A DNA stretch of 15,275 bases from a virus (lineage: Duplodnaviria; Heunggongvirae; Uroviricota; Caudoviricetes): IMG/VR virus record IMGVR_UViG_2778261031_000003; one strand, 5' to 3'. Below the pieces are notes generated by a model. That model was not told the origin of the DNA, ran no database searches, and was given only the letters and a program-made list of their open reading frames with translations. Positions 9,057-15,275 of the stretch are shown piece by piece. The position numbers and the translations under genes are program-made. Every line of letters begins with the position of its first letter. Position 1 is the stretch's first letter.

Positions 9057-9335
9057 ATGTTCAGAATCATTTTTCCTAACACCTGGTACGTCGACCACCA
9101 CGGCACTCCCTGCAAAATCCTGCGTTCTACCCACAACAAAGTTCACTACATCCGAAAAGGCAGAACATGTATCGCCAGCATGTTCCGCTTTAATCATGAC
9201 TTTGAACCTGTGAATAAAGCTGATGCAGATCGGATAGCAGAAGAGATCGAAACGGCAGAACACATTAAGAAGTTACGTGACATGCGTTCAAAAAGCAGAG
9301 GTAACCATGGAATCATACAGCCTCACACTCGATGA
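9057..9335 (+). CDS. Hypothetical protein (92 aa) upstream of xis
   Basis: ORF ending 29 nt inside the xis start; no recognisable family by eye. Confidence 0.4.
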   Translation: MFRIIFPNTWYVDHHGTPCKILRSTHNKVHYIRKGRTCIASMFRFNHDFEPVNKADADRIAEEIETAEHIKKLRDMRSKSRGNHGIIQPHTR

Positions 9336-9678
9336 GGCCTGTCAGTTTCTTAAGATATCCAGACCAACCGCCACCAACTGGATACGAACAGGCCGCCTAC
9401 AGGCAACACGTAAAGATCCAACCAAGCCAAAATCTCCTTACCTCACAACACGGCAAGCCTGCATTGCGGCGCTTCAGTCTCCGCTGCATACTGTCCAGGT
9501 GAGCGCGGGTGATGGCATAACAGAGGAAAGAAAATGTCACTCTTCCGCAGAAATGAAATATGGTATGCCTCGTATTCGCTCCCGGGCGGGAAACGAATTA
9601 AGGAATCTCTTGGCACAAAGGACAAGCGGCAAGCTCAGGAGTTGCACGACAAGCGAAAAGCAGAACTCTAGCGAGTAG
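9307..9678 (+). CDS. xis: Excisionase (P22/DLP12-type Xis)
   Basis: [70 protein letters not shown]... matches recalled P22-type Xis; ATG at 9307 preceded by the track ORF extension from 9277. The frame runs 145 nt into the int reading frame before its TAG at 9676-9678. Confidence 0.75.
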
Positions 9679-10697
9679 AAAAGCTAGGGGATTTACCTGA
9701 TGTCACTTTTGAAGAGGCCTGCCTAAGATGGCTTGAGGAAAAAGCTGATAAAAAATCTCTCGATTCAGATAAAAGCCGGATTGAGTTCTGGCTTGAACAT
9801 TTTGAGGGTATAAGGCTTAAAGATATCTCGGAGGCAAAGATTTACTCTGCTGTAAGCAGAATGCATAACAGAAAGACGAAAGAAATATGGAAACAGAAAG
9901 TTCAGGCCGCCATCAGGAAAGGTAAAGAACTGCCTGTTTATGAACCAAAGCCAGTATCAACTCAGACAAAGGCAAAGCATCTTGCCATGATAAAGGCCAT
10001 TCTCCGTGCTGCAGAACGCGACTGGAAGTGGCTGGAAAAAGCGCCTGTCATCAAGATACCAGCGGTCAGAAACAAGCGAGTCAGATGGCTGGAAAAGGAG
10101 GAAGCAAAACGCCTTATTGATGAGTGCCCCGAACCACTGAAATCTGTCGTCAAGTTTGCGCTGGCAACTGGTCTGAGAAAGTCGAACATCATAAATCTGG
10201 AATGGCAACAAATCGACATGCAGCGACGAGTTGCCTGGGTGAATCCAGAAGAGAGCAAATCAAACCGCGCCATTGGTGTGGCGCTGAACGATACCGCCTG
10301 TAAAGTGTTGCGTGATCAAATAGGCAAGCATCACAAATGGGTGTTTGTACATACCAAGGCGGCTAAGCGAGCAGATGGAACATCAACGCCTGCGGTCAGG
10401 AAGATGCGCATCGACAGCAAGACATCATGGCTATCAGCTTGTCGTCGTGCAGGAATTGAAGATTTCCGTTTCCATGACCTCAGACACACCTGGGCAAGCT
10501 GGCTGATTCAGTCAGGCGTCCCATTATCAGTGCTTCAGGAAATGGGCGGATGGGAGTCCATAGAAATGGTTCGTAGGTATGCTCACCTTGCGCCTAATCA
10601 TTTGACAGAGCATGCGAGGAAAATAGACGACATTTTTGGTGATAATGTCCCAAATATGTCCCACTCTGGAATTATGGAGGATATAAAGAAGGCGTAA
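9534..10697 (+). pseudogene. int: Tyrosine integrase, P22/DLP12 (IntD)-type, 388 codons with an in-frame TAG at codon 46 (9669-9671)
   Basis: Translation from the ATG at 9534 gives [45 protein letters not shown][28 protein letters not shown]..., continuing in the same frame into the 278-aa track ORF (9861-10697), which holds the catalytic C-terminus ([10 protein letters not shown]...VRRYAHL). Recalled P22 Int has W at the position of the stop. Confidence 0.8.
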
Positions 10698-10712
10698 CTG
10701 ATTGAATTGTAA

Positions 10713-10789
10713 TGGCGCGCCCTGCAGGATTCGAACCTGCGGCCCACGACTTAGAAGGTCGTTGCTCTATCCAACTGAGCTAAGGGCGC
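10713..10789 (-). tRNA. argU: tRNA-Arg (anticodon UCU), argU-like; prophage integration target
   Basis: Reverse complement reads GCGCCCTTAGCTCAGTTGGATAGAGCAACGACCTTCTAAGTCGTGGGCCGCAGGTTCGAATCCTGCAGGGCGCGCCA: cloverleaf-compatible, anticodon loop CT-TCT-AA, 3' CCA encoded. The int stop lies 16 nt from the tRNA 3' end. Confidence 0.9.
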
Positions 10790-11031
10790 GTTGATACCGC
10801 AATGCGGTGTAATCGCGTGAATTATACGGTCAACCCTTGCTGAGTCAATGGCTTTTGATCTGGTTGCTGAACAAGTGAACGACCGCGTCTGATTTTCTGA
10901 TTTATTTCGCTATAGTGGCAAACAAACGCACACCGCTGCGCGTCTGAATCAAGAAAACCCGTATTTTCATGTATCAAAGTACAATTTACCGCCCTAACGG
11001 AAAATTGTCCGCTCCTATGAGACTGGTAACT

Positions 11032-11664
11032 ATGAAACCAACGTCGGTGATCATTATGGATACTCATCCTATCATCAGAATGTCTATTGAAGTTCTGTTG
11101 CAAAAAAACAGTGAATTGCAGATTGTCCTGAAAACGGATGATTACCGCATAACCATCGATTATCTCCGAACCCGTCCTGTTGATTTAATCATTATGGATA
11201 TAGACTTGCCCGGAACAGACGGTTTTACCTTCCTGAAAAGGATCAAACAAATCCAGAGCACAGTGAAAGTGTTATTTTTATCATCGAAATCAGAATGCTT
11301 TTATGCTGGCAGAGCGATACAAGCTGGTGCTAACGGTTTTGTCAGTAAATGCAATGATCAGAATGATATTTTTCATGCCGTTCAGATGATCCTCTCCGGA
11401 TACACGTTTTTTCCTAGCGAAACGCTTAACTATATAAAAAGCAATAAATGTAGTACGAATAGTTCAACGATCACTGTGCTATCTAATCGTGAAGTGACCA
11501 TATTACGTTATCTGGTTAGCGGATTATCTAATAAAGAAATTGCCGATAAGTTATTACTTAGCAATAAAACAGTTAGTGCGCATAAATCTAATATTTATGG
11601 CAAGCTAGGTTTGCATTCAATTGTAGAGCTTATCGACTACGCCAAATTATACGAATTAATATAA
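11032..11664 (+). CDS. fimZ: LuxR/FixJ-family two-component response regulator FimZ (210 aa)
   Basis: Receiver domain (IIMDIDLPGTDGF) plus C-terminal LuxR-type HTH (LSNREVTILRYLVSGLSNKEIADKLLLSNKTVSAHKSNIYGKLG); matches recalled FimZ and its position between argU and the sfm operon. The track ORF start at 10969 is an extension. Confidence 0.85.
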   Translation: MKPTSVIIMDTHPIIRMSIEVLLQKNSELQIVLKTDDYRITIDYLRTRPVDLIIMDIDLPGTDGFTFLKRIKQIQSTVKVLFLSSKSECFYAGRAIQAGANGFVSKCNDQNDIFHAVQMILSGYTFFPSETLNYIKSNKCSTNSSTITVLSNREVTILRYLVSGLSNKEIADKLLLSNKTVSAHKSNIYGKLGLHSIVELIDYAKLYELI

Positions 11665-11666
11665 TA

Positions 11667-12182
11667 TTAATTATAATTGATCATAAATATCGCATCCGCT
11701 TTCGCCACACCTGGCCGAACACCGCTGGCTAACGCTCGATAATTGGCAAAAAAGTTTAGTGTGACATTGCCATTTGCATCTACTTCCTCAGTCGGGCTCG
11801 CCTCCCCCAGTGCGAGCCGGGAGCGATCGCTATTACGTAATTCGATGGCGACGGTTTGTGCCATTGCGGGATCATCCAGAGCCAGCAGGTTGGTATCGGA
11901 TGCCGGCGTTCCCGTAAATAAAATCGCAACTGAACCCGGAGGACATCCCTCCAGCCGCAGGCTAAAAGGGACGAGTGCCGTGGTATCGCCAGCGTTCAGT
12001 AATTGTGTCGTAGGCCATCTGCCTAAATCTACCGTCTTATCAATATCCGCTGTGTTTACGGTACAGGAGAAATCAACAACGTTACCGTGCAAATTGATAT
12101 TAATCGTTCCTAAAGGGTCAGCTGCCCATCCACTGGAACTCCACAGTAACCCGCAGAAACAGCTAAAGAGTACTCTTCTCAT
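11667..12182 (-). CDS. sfmF: Fimbrial minor subunit (SfmF/FimG-like, 171 aa)
   Basis: ATG (reverse complement) at 12180-12182 gives MRRVLFSCFCGLLWSSSGWAADPLG... with a signal peptide and pilin-domain features. The 236-aa track ORF is an upstream extension. Confidence 0.8.
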   Translation of the reverse strand: MRRVLFSCFCGLLWSSSGWAADPLGTININLHGNVVDFSCTVNTADIDKTVDLGRWPTTQLLNAGDTTALVPFSLRLEGCPPGSVAILFTGTPASDTNLLALDDPAMAQTVAIELRNSDRSRLALGEASPTEEVDANGNVTLNFFANYRALASGVRPGVAKADAIFMINYN

Positions 12183-12192
12183 TCTCCGTACC

Positions 12193-13170
12193 TCATTGAT
12201 AATCGACGCGTAAATACCCCAGCGCGCTAAACGGCCCCTCGGTCGGTTTTTGACCGGTAATACTGATAGGCCAGGCGCGAAGTGTGACATTGGCTGCCGC
12301 AGCTGCATCCAGACGGAAAGGAATAACGCTATTGAGATCGTTAGGCGTAATCGGCGTATCGTTCTGATCGGCGACAATAAAACCTAAATCCTGATTGTCC
12401 GACACCATCGCCTGACCAGAAACGGCACTGGCTTCCAGACGCATTGTTAAATAAGCCTGCGCAGCAACATTCGTACATTTGACCGCAATGCTCTTGGTTT
12501 GCGGCATGACGCCAGCTGGTCGATTCCCCGGCCCTGCCGCACTAAATAACGATGCGCCGATATCACCAAAATCAAATTCAACAATCTGCCCGGCATTTAA
12601 TTCGCAGTTTTGCGGCACTTCAACCCGGCCACCAAAACTAATGGTATAAACAGGTGTAACCAACGGATCGTAAGGCGTTGATGTCACATACACGGTAAAC
12701 ATCACCTGTCTGGGGATCTCCACCATGTTAATAAAGGGACGAATAACCTTTAAACGAAATATTAAACGAGAATCCATCACCCCGAATGGAAGGTTTTGCG
12801 AAACGTTAGGATCTGTTCCCATCCGAATATAATTTTGCGGGGGGAACTGAATATCCATCACACTATCAACCAGACTCATCGCACCTAATAGATAATCATG
12901 TAATTGCATATATTTATAATTATCGATAGTTTCCTGAACAATAAAGTTGGTGACATAACTACGGTATGTATAATTCACCAGCGTACCGGGTGGACAAATT
13001 GCTGAGACACCTACCCAGCCGGATTTTTCCGGTAAAACAACAATCTGCCCTGGCTGGTTATTGGTGCTATTAAAGATATTTGAGAGATCATAGTGTTCAT
13101 CTTCTGCTACGCCAGTACTATTTGCACAAACAGTAGCCCAGGATATGTTTGCCAGACACAAACATGCCAT
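12193..13170 (-). CDS. sfmH: Fimbrial adhesin-like protein (SfmH/FimH-like); start codon uncertain
   Basis: Open frame of 376 codons overlapping the usher 3' end. The first in-frame ATG after the usher stop is at 13168-13170 (MACLCLANISWA...); a TTG lies at 13174-13176; a fuller signal peptide ([26 protein letters not shown]) lies upstream but has no canonical start codon. Confidence 0.7.
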   Translation of the reverse strand: MACLCLANISWATVCANSTGVAEDEHYDLSNIFNSTNNQPGQIVVLPEKSGWVGVSAICPPGTLVNYTYRSYVTNFIVQETIDNYKYMQLHDYLLGAMSLVDSVMDIQFPPQNYIRMGTDPNVSQNLPFGVMDSRLIFRLKVIRPFINMVEIPRQVMFTVYVTSTPYDPLVTPVYTISFGGRVEVPQNCELNAGQIVEFDFGDIGASLFSAAGPGNRPAGVMPQTKSIAVKCTNVAAQAYLTMRLEASAVSGQAMVSDNQDLGFIVADQNDTPITPNDLNSVIPFRLDAAAAANVTLRAWPISITGQKPTEGPFSALGYLRVDYQ

Positions 13171-13211
13171 CGCCAATAATAATCTGCAGATTATCTTATT
13201 GATAATTTCCT

Positions 13212-15275
13212 TTATGAGCCAGGATGTGTGCAAACTGCCGAAATAACAGTGACGGCTTGCTGTAAGCTTTGCTTCGGCAATACATAGTGCGCAATGCAGC
13301 GTGAGTTCGCGCCGTCTCCCCACTGAACCAGTAATTCACCAGACAATGGCGCACCACTTAAATAAACTTGCCCGTCATCACCCACCATACTGGTTATTCC
13401 GGTACTGTTTTCCCGTACCAGTGATCCAAACGGCACCGGTTTTCCGCCCTGGGTAACGGTAATGAGCGCCCGCACGCCTATGCGGGTATCAAAATTGGCA
13501 CGAACCAACGCGCCTTGCGTCGGCACAACGCTGCTAATATTTTTTTCAACATCGATGGAATTCCCCATCGTATTGGTATCAAGCGCGATACGGTTATACC
13601 GATAAACCGTGGCATACGGCATCACCGCATAGCCGCGCCAGTCGGTTAAAATGCCAGTTTGATTTTCAATGCGTACACCGCCTGCGCCAGGTGCTTTAAT
13701 CAAAACATTGGTATCCCCTAAAGGCTGGCTCAGCGTTATGCCATTTTCATGCCCGACCACACCGCCAGACAGCTGCCAGTTAACGTCATGTTGATCGCGG
13801 TCGTAGTTATACCCGACCCCCAGCGTACCGTAAGCGGCCTGCCAGTTTGCCGTGGCGCTGCCCGTGTACCCATTATTCGAGGTATCACCCTGGCTTACGT
13901 GATAACTCAGGTTGTGGCCTTCCAGTAAGGTCCCACCTACACCTGCCAGCCAGCTATTTTGCCCGTTGCTGTTACGGTTGGCGTTAAAGGAGGCATAAGC
14001 GCGGTCGAGCGCATTTTCCCGGGTGTAGCGACGTTTGGTCAAAACATTGAAAGGCACTGAAACATTAAGTCCGACAATACGTTCGTTATCGGGGATCCCT
14101 ACAGATTCATTCCACGAAAATGAGAGCGAATAACTGATGCCAACCCAGCTGCTGGTATACCCCACCTGATACCACGTATCTGAATCCGAAGTATTCCAGT
14201 ATTTTTGATGGGTACCAGAGATATAAAGCGAGCCAAAGTCATTAAGTGATTGTGAAATATTTAACTGCAAACGGTCTTTACGGCTAAAGCGTAAATTGTG
14301 GTAATTCACGATTATCGGTTCATCGCGATGCTCACCGTCGTAATCGTAATCATATTCGTACCCCTCCATTCGACGATACGCAACATCATCAAGGGTATAA
14401 AAACCTTGTGTCGAATAGCGGTAACCCATTAACTGAAAATTGGTGCCGAAGGTGTTCATTGATTTCGCATAGAGGAAGCGAATGGAATCCCCCTCATGAC
14501 GACTGTCGTCGGCTAACTGACTGCGCGCATGCGTTACATCCAGCGACACTGCGCCCCAGTTCCCGAGGTTGCGCCCCAGCCCTAACAAAAAGGCGGTGTA
14601 ATTGGCAGATAATTGCGTCCCGCCGTAGGCAGTAAATTCCTGTGGTAAACCACCGAGTGCCGTGCCCTGAAAAAAGAAAGGTGATGATTGCTGACTATTA
14701 CCGCTACGAAAATCGCCCGCCGTCAGATCAAATTTGAAACGCCCTTCGCGTTGTAAAATTGGCACTGTTGAATACGGAATTGTGTAATTCTGCTGATTGC
14801 CATCGCGCTCGTCGATGGTGACGTCCAGATCGCCATTTGAAGATGTCGGGTGCAAATCTGTAATTTCAAAAGCGCCGGGGGAAACATAGCTTTGATAGAT
14901 AATAAAACCATTTTGCCGAATCGTTAGCTGGGCCGCCGTACGGGCAATCCCACGTACCGTTGGGGCAAACCCTTGCTGGCTATCAGGATACATATTATCA
15001 GAAGAATAAAGCCGTACACCACGAAATCCAACGCCATCGAAAATATCACTTCCTGTATTGCCGTCTCCCATTACCAGTTCACTTTTCAGCGGAATAATGG
15101 CGCGCTGTACCCAGGTGCCAATATTATTCCACTGTTCTGAATGATATCCATTTCCGCGAAAATAGTTCCAGGAACCATTGTTGCGTAAACGCCACGGGGG
15201 CTTTGTTGAATAAATCGAACTTTTGCTGAGTTGAAGGATCAGATCACGTATCTTCCCGACAACGCAGACCGTTCC
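13212..15275 (-). CDS. sfmD: Fimbrial outer-membrane usher (SfmD/FimD-like), N-terminally truncated by the window edge
   Basis: The frame stays open from the stop at 13212-13214 to the window end (manual translation of 15072-15275 shows no stop: ...[39 protein letters not shown]...). 688 codons in the window; ushers are typically about 850-870 aa. Confidence 0.85.
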   Translation of the reverse strand, partial: GTVCVVGKIRDLILQLSKSSIYSTKPPWRLRNNGSWNYFRGNGYHSEQWNNIGTWVQRAIIPLKSELVMGDGNTGSDIFDGVGFRGVRLYSSDNMYPDSQQGFAPTVRGIARTAAQLTIRQNGFIIYQSYVSPGAFEITDLHPTSSNGDLDVTIDERDGNQQNYTIPYSTVPILQREGRFKFDLTAGDFRSGNSQQSSPFFFQGTALGGLPQEFTAYGGTQLSANYTAFLLGLGRNLGNWGAVSLDVTHARSQLADDSRHEGDSIRFLYAKSMNTFGTNFQLMGYRYSTQGFYTLDDVAYRRMEGYEYDYDYDGEHRDEPIIVNYHNLRFSRKDRLQLNISQSLNDFGSLYISGTHQKYWNTSDSDTWYQVGYTSSWVGISYSLSFSWNESVGIPDNERIVGLNVSVPFNVLTKRRYTRENALDRAYASFNANRNSNGQNSWLAGVGGTLLEGHNLSYHVSQGDTSNNGYTGSATANWQAAYGTLGVGYNYDRDQHDVNWQLSGGVVGHENGITLSQPLGDTNVLIKAPGAGGVRIENQTGILTDWRGYAVMPYATVYRYNRIALDTNTMGNSIDVEKNISSVVPTQGALVRANFDTRIGVRALITVTQGGKPVPFGSLVRENSTGITSMVGDDGQVYLSGAPLSGELLVQWGDGANSRCIAHYVLPKQSLQQAVTVISAVCTHPGS

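Noticed and set aside
8830-10273. Antisense ORFs 8830-9036, 9030-9263, 9443-9625, 9957-10211 and 9962-10273
   Set aside because: Antisense to the TraR-like gene, the hypothetical gene, xis and int.
10822-11103. 93-aa minus-strand ORF between argU and fimZ
   Set aside because: Overlaps the fimZ promoter and 5' end on the opposite strand, with no supporting signals.
11743-12213. 156-aa plus-strand ORF
   Set aside because: Antisense to the fimbrial subunit gene sfmF.
14408-14911. ORFs 14408-14635 (+) and 14723-14911 (-) inside the usher gene
   Set aside because: Alternate-frame or antisense ORFs within a long, continuous usher reading frame.

Overview
This window reads as the early/immunity half of a lambdoid prophage integrated next to a tRNA-Arg(UCU) gene (argU-like), followed by host chromosome carrying fimZ and the distal part of an sfm-type chaperone-usher fimbrial operon (Escherichia-like). 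The prophage lies in inverted lambda-map orientation and all calls are from reading the sequence and recalling lambda/434/P22 proteins; no database search was run. Left to right: a lambda-type replication module (ren, P, O with the four ori iterons inside O), cII, a phage-434-type immunity module (cro, three 14-bp OR operators, cI), a small secreted protein in the rex position, OL/pL, nutL and N, then lambda-like cIII-kil-gam-bet-exo, a chain of small coupled ORFs, a TraR/DksA-like zinc-finger gene, xis and a P22/DLP12-type integrase. The most interesting locus is an AT-rich two-gene cargo module of unrecognised function between N and cIII, separated by a structured, terminator-bounded spacer; it is a candidate undescribed defence or exclusion system. 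Also notable: the integrase carries an in-frame amber codon at codon 46, and sfmH has no canonical ATG in front of its signal peptide.
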